In this document: positions 49,121 to 59,222 of the stretch, one piece after another | Numbering within the stretch: the stretch's first letter is position 1 | How the letters are laid out: every line of letters starts with the position of its first letter | Virus record (IMG/VR): IMGVR_UViG_3300035544_000079 | Coordinates: 8,136 to 72,135 of that record | Source of the DNA: a virus | Lineage: Duplodnaviria > Caudoviricetes | Length of the DNA stretch: 64,000 nt | Direction: 5' to 3' (one strand) | Notes under the pieces: model-generated | What the model saw: only the letters and a program-made list of their open reading frames with translations | Database searches by the model: none | What the model was told of the DNA's origin: nothing | Translations under genes and position numbers: made by a program

Positions 49121-50434
49121 TTAATTTTTGTTAAGGTTTTTATCTTGTTCTACTTCTAACATATCAATCTTGAATAAGTTCCTTGAAACCTCTCCATATT
49201 TTTTATGATAAGTAATAGCTTTAACTTCCCCAACATTACCTCTAAATCCTGCTCCATCAGCCCAAGCATCTCTAGGGGGTAAGTTTTTATGAATCTCAAT
49301 AGACATCATAGCATCTTCTTTAGATAACATTTTATGATTAGAATGTAAATGACCTATATTCCAATATCTATATTTAGTTTCTGAGAAAATATCAATATTG
49401 TCTTCAATCATACATTCTGTTAATTTAGTTTTATTTAAGATGGTATGCCCATGTGAAAAGCCTAACAGCACTTTATTAAACTGATAGTACTGTGTTAGCC
49501 TATTATCCCCAACAATCTCTACTCTAGGTTCATCTTTAAAATAAGCCCGTAATACTGCTTTTAAGTAGTAACTAGAGTTCTCACTATGATTACCTGAAAC
49601 AGATAATACTTTTACATATTTATGCTTTTGTAATGCTTTTTTCACTAACTCAATCATAATACTAAAAGTTTCTTCAATAATTCTACTATGCCTACTATCC
49701 ACATCTAGCGAATGACCTGAAACCGTTTGTTTTGTATCATCATTTGCATGAAGTAAATCCCCCATTTCGGCTATTAAACAAGTTTCAGAATTAGGAGCAA
49801 CTGTCATAAGATAATCAAAACTTCCTAAAATCCACTTTCTAGCAATTTTTAAATCATAGTTATATCCACTAATTTCTTCTAAAGCTAACATTGCAATATG
49901 TAAATCTGTGTAAGGGTACATAGTCAATAAATCTGAATTTTGAGCTAAAGTTAAATCACATTTAATAGGTGTGTATTTTTCATTAGCCTTATTTAAAATA
50001 CTTGCTAATGCTGTTTCTACTCTTTCCATCTCAGCATCTTCTGTTAACTCTCTTTTGACTAAGGATTTAATCTCTTTCCTAAGAACATTATTGTTATGTT
50101 GTTGAGTCATAACAGATTTTCTAAGCTTTAAGTTTTCTTTTACAACACTCTCTAATTCTTCCTCTAATTTATGTTCAATATCATAATCTGCTCCAGATTC
50201 AATAGCTAAGTCTTTATTTAATTTAAGAACACTTTCAGCTCTTTCTGCTTTAGTAGCATTTTTAAAACCAATTTGATAAGCAAGGTATCTAAAAGAATTA
50301 TAATCAACCTTGTAATCCTCACAAAGAGTTCTTAAAGGTCTATCCTTATCTTGATATTCTTGTAAGAACTTATTAAAATCTTCTTGACTTAAGTCAAACC
50401 TATCTTTAAATTCATTTACTAATTTTGTTTTCAT
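49121..50434 (-). CDS. Metallophosphoesterase with N-terminal HTH/coiled coil
   Basis: TDLH, MGDLLH, SGNH, SHGH, IGHLH. Confidence 0.8.
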   Translation of the reverse strand: MKTKLVNEFKDRFDLSQEDFNKFLQEYQDKDRPLRTLCEDYKVDYNSFRYLAYQIGFKNATKAERAESVLKLNKDLAIESGADYDIEHKLEEELESVVKENLKLRKSVMTQQHNNNVLRKEIKSLVKRELTEDAEMERVETALASILNKANEKYTPIKCDLTLAQNSDLLTMYPYTDLHIAMLALEEISGYNYDLKIARKWILGSFDYLMTVAPNSETCLIAEMGDLLHANDDTKQTVSGHSLDVDSRHSRIIEETFSIMIELVKKALQKHKYVKVLSVSGNHSENSSYYLKAVLRAYFKDEPRVEIVGDNRLTQYYQFNKVLLGFSHGHTILNKTKLTECMIEDNIDIFSETKYRYWNIGHLHSNHKMLSKEDAMMSIEIHKNLPPRDAWADGAGFRGNVGEVKAITYHKKYGEVSRNLFKIDMLEVEQDKNLNKN

Positions 50435-50443
50435 TTATCTCCT

Positions 50444-50800
50444 TTAATCTTTATCATCTTCAAATATTTCACCACAGTCCTCACAATTAGTATCTAATGA
50501 GCTAATTTCCTCACCACAGTTAGGACAAGTAAGGTAATCAAGAGGACTATATCCACTACTTAAACAAATATCTAATCTTTCAGCTTCTTTAAGAAATTCT
50601 TGATTATCAGTTACTAATGTAATATCTCCTTTTTCAATCTCTCCATAAATTTCCGAGTGTTTACCTAATACCTCACCGAAGTAAATTTCCTTACCTATTA
50701 AAGCATCAACTTCTTCTTGTGTTGCTAAAAACCTACCTTCTAAATCACCATTTCTACCACAATCCCAATAGAAATCATATAGATTAACTTGTTCTTCCAT
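50444..50800 (-). CDS. Hypothetical protein with C-terminal zinc ribbon
   Basis: DCGRNGDLEG motif; CPNC..CEDC. Confidence 0.65.
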   Translation of the reverse strand: MEEQVNLYDFYWDCGRNGDLEGRFLATQEEVDALIGKEIYFGEVLGKHSEIYGEIEKGDITLVTDNQEFLKEAERLDICLSSGYSPLDYLTCPNCGEEISSLDTNCEDCGEIFEDDKD

Positions 50801-51162
50801 TAATTTTCCTCCTCAATAATATTAATTAAATCATAAACTTGTTCCTCTAAACAAGTTCCACCATTATAAAAATTAAATTCGTATTCTACTTGTCCACTCT
50901 CCTTAACCCTGTATTCAAAAATATCTCCGTTGGGGTCTTTTTCTTCATTTTGTATTTGGTAAATCCTATCATTATTAATATAGTAACCATAGTCAGCTAA
51001 AGTATCATAACAAAACGCTCTAAAATCACTTTCATCAGTTAAATCATAATAACTAGGAACTTTAATATTCTCCTCTTGAACTAATTTATTAATAAAGTCT
51101 TTTGGACTCATTCCTATTGAGACTCTTTTTAGAGTTCCTTTGTGTCTTTCATAATAACTTAT
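50800..51162 (-). CDS. Hypothetical protein, 120 aa from an ATA start
   Basis: Frame open 17 codons above ATG 51111 to ATA 5 nt after AAGGAG. Confidence 0.55.
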   Translation of the reverse strand: MSYYERHKGTLKRVSIGMSPKDFINKLVQEENIKVPSYYDLTDESDFRAFCYDTLADYGYYINNDRIYQIQNEEKDPNGDIFEYRVKESGQVEYEFNFYNGGTCLEEQVYDLINIIEEEN

Positions 51163-51237
51163 TATTTCTCCTTTATTTTAAATTTATTTGAAAAGGTATC
51201 ATACTTCATAATACTTTAAACCTATCTTAAGTACATC

Positions 51238-52881
51238 TTAAAAAGTATCCTTTGCTTCAAATATTTGATTAAACCTCCTTAATTTAGTTATCTTTTCAGT
51301 ATATTCCTCCTCATGCCATGAGAATTTCTTCATTGGTGCTAATAAAGCAAAATGACTTTTCTCATTAAAGTTAAAGATAAATACCTCTTGGTTAATAAAG
51401 TTAGGAACAATCTCAGGGCTTTCACTTATTCTAGTTGTATGAAGAATAATCTCTTCTTTATTATCTAAGAAAGTAAACCAACCTCTATTCCTTCTTCTAT
51501 TAAATTCCGTTAAAACAGCTTTTCTATATTTTACTCCATTAGTAAGTAATAATAAATTCCTAAACATAATAGTTATAGGTAACTTATCTCCTAAACTTAT
51601 ATTAAGTAAAAGATAATTTAACAAATGGTGTAAAGAATGAAATACAAAACCTTGTTGTTTATGAAGCTTTACTTTTCTTACTCCATATTCATCAGCAAAA
51701 TGTTGTATATTTTTCTTTAATTGTTTAATATCTTTATTATATGTACTATAACTATATTGGTATTTCATAGCTTTTTCTGTTAAGAAACTGTTACAAAGCT
51801 TTTTCTCTGTACTACAAACAAGAACATCTAAACTATTATCTTGATTAATATAACCTATAAATAAAAATGTTGTACTTTTCATTCCCCTACGAGCCATTGT
51901 TTCAAAATAATCTTTAAACATTCCCTCAATATTTGTTTTAATAATACTTCCGTATCTTAAGAAGTAACAAATCTTTTTAGGATTTTTATTATAAGAACTT
52001 CCTTTATAAAGAAATACTGGAAATCTTGGGTGATATTCTGTATCATCAAGAGGTTTTTCTAATGACTTTTTCCACATATATATCTTTCTAGCCTTTCTTC
52101 CACGTTCTCTATAATAATCCCTTATTTCTCCATCAGTAGGTAATACAATCTTATCCTTCCACTTACTGCCACCAAAACCTTTTAAGTCCATAAATTTATA
52201 GAAGTTTCTTTCATTAACTTCTGAACCTTTACCTATAAAATGTCTATGAAGAATAACCTTATCAGTTAATGCCATATACCTTTGCATTTTAAGTTTTTGA
52301 TTATCCCAAAGTTCTTTAAGAAGGTGTTTAGGAACTTTAAAAACATTATCTCCATTAATAAACTTAACTAAAAAGTCCTGAAGGTAATTACTTTCTGAAT
52401 AAATATACTCCTCAAAATAAGGTCTAAGTTCTTCTTCCTTAACACCATATTCTACCATAAAATCTAGTTGAGGAAAATTAATGTTCTTTCCTGTTTTAGT
52501 ATCTTTTTCTAAATCACTTTCTAAGGGTAAAAACTTATCCGTAGGAATTGGACTAAACAAAAGCCTTTTAACAAAATAACCAATAACAATATTAAGTTCA
52601 GCTCTGTTATCATTATTCCTATACAGAATCTTTCTTAAATAAGCTTGTTTATCTTCAGCACTTGGAATCTTATCTAACTCGTGAATAAACTCCATAAAAA
52701 TCCTAATAATAGTATCCTTAATAAAAAATATATTAAAAGTTGTTTTTAATTTACCTTTCTTAGGAACTGTTATAGCTTTCTTTGTAGACATAAGATTTGG
52801 AACATACACTTCTTTAGTCTTTTCTTCTTGTTCTACTTTAGAGAACGATTGTTCTACATTTTGTTCTAACTCTTCTGACAA
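51238..52881 (-). CDS. Large hypothetical protein
   Basis: 547 aa, basic/aromatic, no motif recognised. Confidence 0.65.
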   Translation of the reverse strand: MSEELEQNVEQSFSKVEQEEKTKEVYVPNLMSTKKAITVPKKGKLKTTFNIFFIKDTIIRIFMEFIHELDKIPSAEDKQAYLRKILYRNNDNRAELNIVIGYFVKRLLFSPIPTDKFLPLESDLEKDTKTGKNINFPQLDFMVEYGVKEEELRPYFEEYIYSESNYLQDFLVKFINGDNVFKVPKHLLKELWDNQKLKMQRYMALTDKVILHRHFIGKGSEVNERNFYKFMDLKGFGGSKWKDKIVLPTDGEIRDYYRERGRKARKIYMWKKSLEKPLDDTEYHPRFPVFLYKGSSYNKNPKKICYFLRYGSIIKTNIEGMFKDYFETMARRGMKSTTFLFIGYINQDNSLDVLVCSTEKKLCNSFLTEKAMKYQYSYSTYNKDIKQLKKNIQHFADEYGVRKVKLHKQQGFVFHSLHHLLNYLLLNISLGDKLPITIMFRNLLLLTNGVKYRKAVLTEFNRRRNRGWFTFLDNKEEIILHTTRISESPEIVPNFINQEVFIFNFNEKSHFALLAPMKKFSWHEEEYTEKITKLRRFNQIFEAKDTF

Positions 52882-53322
52882 TTATTTCTCCTCAAGTAGT
52901 AATTTTAAAGTATTTTTAAAAGAGTAATAGTTATCTTTAGATTTTCTATACTTTAATTCTAAATCTTTTTCTATTTTATCAATATTATTTTTATAATAAT
53001 TCAAGAAAAACTCTTTACCTTGTGAAGTTAGAATATCAAAAAGGTAAAAAGGATTAACATAATTGTTATAAGGATTATGGAGATTTCTACCATATTCTAT
53101 ATTATCTAGGTACTCTACTCCTTTATAAATTCCTGATTTTATAACTAAATTATTTGAACCACTTCTCTCCCTCCAACCTCTACTATAACCTAGATTGTTT
53201 TTATGTAATGTAGTATCCACTGTTAAAAAACTCAAAAACTTTTCCAATTCAATAGGATTTTTGTTATTATTCATTTGGCATTTATCTGTACCTAGCTTTC
53301 TTTTTAATTCTTCTAAATCCAT
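52882..53322 (-). CDS. Hypothetical protein
   Basis: 146 aa, SD and promoter. Confidence 0.6.
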   Translation of the reverse strand: MDLEELKRKLGTDKCQMNNNKNPIELEKFLSFLTVDTTLHKNNLGYSRGWRERSGSNNLVIKSGIYKGVEYLDNIEYGRNLHNPYNNYVNPFYLFDILTSQGKEFFLNYYKNNIDKIEKDLELKYRKSKDNYYSFKNTLKLLLEEK

Positions 53323-53361
53323 ATTTTCTCCTTTTATTTTAATGTTTCATTTATAAGTAGT

Positions 53362-53385
53362 ATTGTAACAATATTAACCTTAAAG
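53362..53385 (-). promoter_or_regulatory. Promoter CTTTAAG-N11-TACAAT
   Basis: ctttaag-gttaatattgt-tacaat. Confidence 0.55.
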
Positions 53386-53487
53386 TTTCATTAAAAGTAT
53401 ATTAATAACACTTGGTTATAAGTATAGGCGTTTTTATGTTAGTTTAAGGTTAGTTGTAGTAAGTAGTTTGTTAGTATCTCAAGAGGA

Positions 53488-55185
53488 TTATTCCTCCCAA
53501 GATAGTGTAGATTGATTATCTTCTCTATAAACATTTAGAGTGTAATCACTTTCGATAGTTTCACCGTGATGGACGGTGATTATACTTTTATTAGGAAACT
53601 CTTTAGTAATATATCTTAAAAGCTTTCCTACTTCTTTCTTCCCACTCTCATCAATATTACTTAAAACCTCGTCCAAGAATAATAAGTTAATATCAACATT
53701 TGTAAGTGTTTTAATACTTAAGTTCAAAGCTAAACATAAAAGAATATCTACCCTTCTTTGTGTTCCAGAACTTAAATCAATGTACCTTTGTATTAAACCT
53801 TGTTCTTTATAAACAAGTTCAAAAGTATCTTTAGAGGTATTCTCTACCCAAATATTAATTTCATTACCTAAAGCTTTTGAACTAATCTTTGAAAGAGTTC
53901 CATTAAAAAGTTCTATAAATAATTTGATTCTTTCTTTTACAAAGCCCTTAGCTCCAGTACAAGCTTTAATCAATTCATAAACATAAACTTTATCTCTAAA
54001 TTCTGTTAAAGCAATTTCATTAGAAACTATTTCTTCATTAGCCTTAGCTAAGTCTTTTCTCAGCTTATTCCTAAGAGTTACTTTATCTGAACTTTCTTCA
54101 TTAGCTTTTATCTCTTTGAGTCTTTTAATCTCATTCTCTAAAAGGATTTCTTCTTTAGTAATCTTTTCAAACTTTGTTCTTAATCCTTGTAAGATTTTAT
54201 ACTTCCCTAAGTTATTTGTTTTTAAATCTTTCCTTTGAGTTGCTAGTTCAGTAATCTGTTCTTGAATATTTTCAAACTCACCTTTCAAAGAATCAATATT
54301 CTTAATCTCTTGTTTGCAGGTAGGACATTTACTAAGATTAAGTATCTTTGAACTCTCTGTTTGTTGTTTCTTAAGAAAGTCTATTGAACTTGTTAATTCA
54401 TTTACTTTACTTTCTTGCCCTTTTATTTCAGACTCAAATTCTTGTAACTCTTTTTTGGCTTTACTTTTATTATAAACAATTTCTTCAAGAGTTTCCTCTT
54501 TGGTTGTTATATCAAGAATATCTACTGAGTTATGTTTAATCATATCTAGGTGTTCTTTAAGATTATTAACATTACTTTGTAAAATACTTTGTTCCTTGAC
54601 TTTCATATCAAGCTCTAACTTAAGAGACTTTAATTCAATATCAGCTTTTTTATTAATATCTGTTATGAACTCTAAACTAAGTAACTCTTTAATAAAATTA
54701 CTTTGAGCTGTATCCTCAGAGGTACTAAATAAGCTTAGTTTCTGAGGACTTAAAAAGAACAATTTACTAAAAGTATTAAAACTTAAACCTAATTCTTTTT
54801 CAAGTTCATTTTGTTTAGTTACTTTATTAGAGTATCCACTAGGAATATCATTAATATAATATTCAAAAAAGTTCTTAGAATAATCTCTTTCTATAATAAG
54901 TTCATCAATAGAATCTTCTCGGATAAGGTCTATATAAATCTTTCCATAGAATTTCTTGTTAGTATGTTTATTATAAATTTCTTTTTGAGCTTTTCCTATT
55001 AAATTCTTTCCGTAAATACATTGACAAACTAAAGAAGGTAATGAGCTTTTGCCACTTCCATTAGAATCAAACTTTCCATCAGTTTGACCATTAAGAGCTA
55101 CTAACCCTTCTCTATTTTCAAAGGAAACTTCTGCATCATTATACAAAAGAAATCCTTGTGTTTCTATCTTTTTAATTTTTACCAT
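53488..55185 (-). CDS. Rad50/SbcC/gp46-like recombination ATPase
   Basis: Walker A GSGKSS, zinc hook CPTC, signature LSSG, Walker B LFLDE, H-loop VHH; start MVKIKKIE after AGGAG. Confidence 0.9.
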   Translation of the reverse strand: MVKIKKIETQGFLLYNDAEVSFENREGLVALNGQTDGKFDSNGSGKSSLPSLVCQCIYGKNLIGKAQKEIYNKHTNKKFYGKIYIDLIREDSIDELIIERDYSKNFFEYYINDIPSGYSNKVTKQNELEKELGLSFNTFSKLFFLSPQKLSLFSTSEDTAQSNFIKELLSLEFITDINKKADIELKSLKLELDMKVKEQSILQSNVNNLKEHLDMIKHNSVDILDITTKEETLEEIVYNKSKAKKELQEFESEIKGQESKVNELTSSIDFLKKQQTESSKILNLSKCPTCKQEIKNIDSLKGEFENIQEQITELATQRKDLKTNNLGKYKILQGLRTKFEKITKEEILLENEIKRLKEIKANEESSDKVTLRNKLRKDLAKANEEIVSNEIALTEFRDKVYVYELIKACTGAKGFVKERIKLFIELFNGTLSKISSKALGNEINIWVENTSKDTFELVYKEQGLIQRYIDLSSGTQRRVDILLCLALNLSIKTLTNVDINLLFLDEVLSNIDESGKKEVGKLLRYITKEFPNKSIITVHHGETIESDYTLNVYREDNQSTLSWEE

Positions 55186-55372
55186 AACCGTAATACTCCT
55201 TTGAAAAGTTTGGTCTATGGGGTAAATCATTATCAAAAATACCAAATCTTCTTTTATGTTTACTATGAGGTTTTGGTAGTCTCATTCCTAAATCTTCTAC
55301 AAGATTACATTCTAATTCTATCTCTCCACTTTTTGCTTTTAAAATTTTATCTCTCTTTTCTTCGTCCGTCAT
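55172..55372 (-). CDS. Hypothetical protein
   Basis: 66 aa, GGAGG SD. Confidence 0.55.
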   Translation of the reverse strand: MTDEEKRDKILKAKSGEIELECNLVEDLGMRLPKPHSKHKRRFGIFDNDLPHRPNFSKEYYGYGKN

Positions 55373-55383
55373 TCCTCCTCCTT

Positions 55384-56517
55384 TTAATCTTTTTGTTCAA
55401 CTTGACTTTCTAAAGTAGTATAGGTAGAAACTAATTTATCTTCAAGTCTTTTATCTTCATTTGTTTTAACAATATATTCTAACAAGTTTTTGCTTACAGA
55501 TTTCTTATCTAAACATTGTTTTACTAATTTATTGTAATTAATCTTTTGATAATCTGTATCATTCATACTAAGATTGATAAATTCTCTTATACAAAAGTTA
55601 TCTATATCTTTATGTTCTTTAAAAGCTCTTTTAATTTTATCTATCATAAATTTTTTACCATAAATTCTTACTTTATAAAAAGCTTTATTATCTTTATTGT
55701 CTTGCCTCATTTCTTCAATAATATTATCAATATTATCTAAATCCTCTAACTTAATATGTTTAAGTTTTTTTTGGTAAGGACTTTCTTTATTGAATAATAC
55801 TATTCGTTTATATTCCCCAGTTTCTTCATTAAGTAATAATACCGAAGGAGTTGAACTAAGTTTGTTTTCTTGTTCTTCTAACTTAGGAAAGTGTATCCAA
55901 GTCATAGCTCCTGTATAAGCAATATTATCATACTCTAAATGTTGGTGAATATCACTTAAGAAAATCTTTTTAGCACAAGCCTTTGGAATAGTCATATTAA
56001 TTTCATCTGAATAATAAGCATTTCCATCACTTGTTCTAATATGGCTAAAAATATATCTATACTTTTTGTTTAAGTGTTGTAACTTATGGATATATTTGTG
56101 CGAACAATATAAATCAGTAAACTTATTACAAGGACTCTTTACTTCATTAAAATCAAGAACATCTATATTCCACTTTTCTTTATAAAAATCTCGCATAAGC
56201 TCTCCATAATAAAGTCTTTTTTGAGAGGATTTTAATAACTCATGGTTTCCATCAATCTTTATTCTTTGGACTTCTTTAGGAATATTACTCCAAAAATAAT
56301 CCATTAAAGTTAATTCTTGATTAACATTTTCAACAGAATCTAAATCATCTCCTAAAGAAACAACTTTTGTGATATTATATTCCTCAAATAAGTTATGGAC
56401 TAAACTTATGCAATATTTCTGCATATCGAATGTCCATTTAGATAATTGAGGTTTCTTTTCGTTGAATCCAAAAAGATGAAGGTCGCCGATACATATCGTG
56501 TAATTAGGTTTATCCAA
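55384..56517 (-). CDS. Mre11/SbcD/gp47-like nuclease
   Basis: GDLH, LGDDLD, GNHE, SH, SDIH, YTGA; beside the Rad50-like gene. Confidence 0.88.
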   Translation of the reverse strand: MDKPNYTICIGDLHLFGFNEKKPQLSKWTFDMQKYCISLVHNLFEEYNITKVVSLGDDLDSVENVNQELTLMDYFWSNIPKEVQRIKIDGNHELLKSSQKRLYYGELMRDFYKEKWNIDVLDFNEVKSPCNKFTDLYCSHKYIHKLQHLNKKYRYIFSHIRTSDGNAYYSDEINMTIPKACAKKIFLSDIHQHLEYDNIAYTGAMTWIHFPKLEEQENKLSSTPSVLLLNEETGEYKRIVLFNKESPYQKKLKHIKLEDLDNIDNIIEEMRQDNKDNKAFYKVRIYGKKFMIDKIKRAFKEHKDIDNFCIREFINLSMNDTDYQKINYNKLVKQCLDKKSVSKNLLEYIVKTNEDKRLEDKLVSTYTTLESQVEQKD

Positions 56518-56528
56518 ATTAATCTCCT

Positions 56529-57065
56529 TTAAATATCTTTCTTATCTATTTCTTCAAATACAATCTGTTTTGGTAGAATATTACTACAAAGATATACACT
56601 ACTAAATGGAGGATTTAAAGCAGGTTTTTGGTCTTCATAAGATTTAAAGTAAGATACTCTTCTATTCATATACATAATTTCAAAAGTATTGTCTCTAAAC
56701 ATTTCAAACCTTTTCTGACTCTCAAATAAACCTACAACACCTACTAACATAGCAAAAGGCAATTTTCTTTGGAATAAATTCTCAAATACTTCATTCTTTA
56801 AACTATAAGGAGGATTACTAATAATATAATCAACTGACTTAGGAGTTTCTATATTAAAAAAGTTTCCTTGTTCTCCGTCTGAAATATGTGTGGTATAAAC
56901 GGTATGTCCTTCTTTTTCTAGTAATTCTTTAAATAAACTATCCTCTGTATCAAAAGGACACCATATAATACTATTAGGTTTTAAGTATTTTAGTATAGGT
57001 CTTATAGCATATCTCGGGGTATAGAACTCGTCATTCCCACTTCCTGCAACTTTATCCATTTTCAT
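56529..57065 (-). CDS. Short N6-adenine methyltransferase-like protein
   Basis: DEFYTP, IWCPFD, IISNPPYS. Confidence 0.75.
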   Translation of the reverse strand: MKMDKVAGSGNDEFYTPRYAIRPILKYLKPNSIIWCPFDTEDSLFKELLEKEGHTVYTTHISDGEQGNFFNIETPKSVDYIISNPPYSLKNEVFENLFQRKLPFAMLVGVVGLFESQKRFEMFRDNTFEIMYMNRRVSYFKSYEDQKPALNPPFSSVYLCSNILPKQIVFEEIDKKDI

Positions 57066-57092
57066 TAATTTTCTCCTTTTATTTTTATTTTT

Positions 57093-58037
57093 CTAATTTA
57101 AATACATAGCAATTTCTTCTAAGTAATCTTTTGCTTTAAAAGCTTGACTCTCAAAGAATATATCATCAAGTTCATCTGTAACTAGCTCTTTAGGTTTTTT
57201 GAAGTTAAGAATCTTTTGAACAACATTTTCGTATTCTCTCTCTTGATAATCCTCTAATAAAGATTTATCTTTCATAATCTTTACAAGTTTATATCCTAAT
57301 TTAAGTTCATCCTTACCTTCTTTAGTTAGAAGTCTTTCTAAAGCTTTTCTTACTCTCCAATCTTTTTGAATATCCTCTGAGTTAATTTCTTCTTCCATAG
57401 TTTCTAATAAATTTTTTAATGAACCAAATCTTCGTATAATCTTTTCAGCAGTACCTACGCCTACTCCTTTTACAGAAGATACTCCGTCAACTCCATCTCC
57501 CATCAAAGCCTGTAATCCTAAGAATTGTTGTCTGCTAAAACCTAATCTATCTTCTTTAGTCTTAAACCTTCCTTTAGTCCAATCATAATGATTATGAAAA
57601 GGAATTGTTGTCATTAAATCTTTATCTTGACTTACTACAATAATTTCATAGTCAGATAATCTTTTATCATGATAAAGTATAGACATAATATCATCAGCTT
57701 CTACATCTTTAACACCTCCATAAACAAAAACTCCTTCAAAATGCTTTAGGTTTTTCTTTAAATCTCTAACAAGTTGTTCTGCTTCTTTTTGAACTTTTGT
57801 ATATTTCTTTGCTTGTTTAATTCTTCCTAATTTATACTCTTTAGTAAGCTCTTGTCTGTATTTACTTTTATATTCATCATTACATAGAACAACCATTTTA
57901 GGGTTATGTAATTGAACTTGTTGTAAAATATCATTTAAAAAAGGTTCAATTAAATTACTTACTTTTCCACTAATCCAATCATACTTTCTACTATGGTAAA
58001 GATTAGCAGAATCTATTACTAAAATCTTTTCTTTCAT
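57093..58037 (-). CDS. 5'-3' (flap) exonuclease
   Basis: VIDSAN, EADD, SQDKDL, LMGDGVDGVSSVKGVG H3TH motif. Confidence 0.92.
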   Translation of the reverse strand: MKEKILVIDSANLYHSRKYDWISGKVSNLIEPFLNDILQQVQLHNPKMVVLCNDEYKSKYRQELTKEYKLGRIKQAKKYTKVQKEAEQLVRDLKKNLKHFEGVFVYGGVKDVEADDIMSILYHDKRLSDYEIIVVSQDKDLMTTIPFHNHYDWTKGRFKTKEDRLGFSRQQFLGLQALMGDGVDGVSSVKGVGVGTAEKIIRRFGSLKNLLETMEEEINSEDIQKDWRVRKALERLLTKEGKDELKLGYKLVKIMKDKSLLEDYQEREYENVVQKILNFKKPKELVTDELDDIFFESQAFKAKDYLEEIAMYLN

Positions 58038-58924
58038 CTTTCTCCTTCTAAAATAAAACTCTCATAACTATCAAAGAAAGCCCCCTTTGAAACTAATACC
58101 AAACAATCAAACTTTAGGTCACTTTTTGGAATATCATCTATATCCCATATAAAGTTTCCTTCTAAGATATTTCCTAAAATATCTTTTTGTTTTAATGTAT
58201 GTTTCAAAAAGGTCATTCTTTCGACACCATTAAACCTACTCTTTTTAGAAAGTTCTTGTTCAGAATAATATCCTAAAAAGTAAGGTTTACTTGTATTCTT
58301 CCTTGAAATATCTATTATACCAAAATAAACTAAATGTTTGCTTAATTTACTTAGTTTCTTACTTGGTATATTTATCTTTTCATTACATTGTATTTGAGAA
58401 CCTTTTATAGTCATTTCAAAGAATTTATATTTCTTAGGTAATTTGTAATAAAAAGCTCCATTTTGATTAATCTTTTCAAGAGCTTCTAAGGACTTTGTAC
58501 TTTCAAATAATTCTTGATAAGTTCTTTTCTTAATCTCGAACTTTGTACCTAATTCTATAAAAGGTTTTTTAAGAAACTTCTCTCTAAAAGAAATACTCTC
58601 ATAAAGATTATAAAAATCTTTTTCTAAAGACTTATGGTAAAAAGGAATATCTTCAAAACCTTTTATTCTCTTTTCTTTTCTTTTAGGGTTATACCAATTA
58701 TATAACCACATATACCATTCATAATTATATTTCTTTAAGATTTTTGTTTCAACATTTATATCAGAAAGCAATAACATAAATCCTCTTTTAGACTTTATTG
58801 AAAGCTTTAATGAGTAAGGCATTTCTTTTTCAGTTATATCTTTTCTTTTAGGATTTATGTAAGAAAACTTTCTACGACTTTTCCATTTAGGAATTTTGTC
58901 AAGGTTTACTGTTGATTTAGCCAT
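58034..58924 (-). CDS. Hypothetical basic protein
   Basis: 296 aa in the replication block; no motif recognised. Confidence 0.6.
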   Translation of the reverse strand: MAKSTVNLDKIPKWKSRRKFSYINPKRKDITEKEMPYSLKLSIKSKRGFMLLLSDINVETKILKKYNYEWYMWLYNWYNPKRKEKRIKGFEDIPFYHKSLEKDFYNLYESISFREKFLKKPFIELGTKFEIKKRTYQELFESTKSLEALEKINQNGAFYYKLPKKYKFFEMTIKGSQIQCNEKINIPSKKLSKLSKHLVYFGIIDISRKNTSKPYFLGYYSEQELSKKSRFNGVERMTFLKHTLKQKDILGNILEGNFIWDIDDIPKSDLKFDCLVLVSKGAFFDSYESFILEGER

Positions 58925-59219
58925 TATTAAGGTTTATTTTATACCCAAACATTTTACTAAGTAATTGTAAAGTTTCTTTTGTTTGTAACTCTTCAGGAGT
59001 ATTGCCTAAACACCTTTGAAAAATCTTTTGTTCAAAGTTATCTAAAATATTTGCTATATCCTCAGAAATATCAAAAACCATAATTCCTTCACTACCTTTT
59101 GATATATTTTTTATATCAATTAGCTGTTCTTCTCTGTTTTCATCAAAGATAGAAACTAGCACTTTAGCTCCATATTCATAGAAATCAACTGTTTCTTTTA
59201 AGTCTTCTACTTCTAACAT
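58917..59219 (-). CDS. Hypothetical protein
   Basis: 100 aa, operonic. Confidence 0.55.
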   Translation of the reverse strand: MLEVEDLKETVDFYEYGAKVLVSIFDENREEQLIDIKNISKGSEGIMVFDISEDIANILDNFEQKIFQRCLGNTPEELQTKETLQLLSKMFGYKINLNNG

Positions 59220-59222
59220 TTT

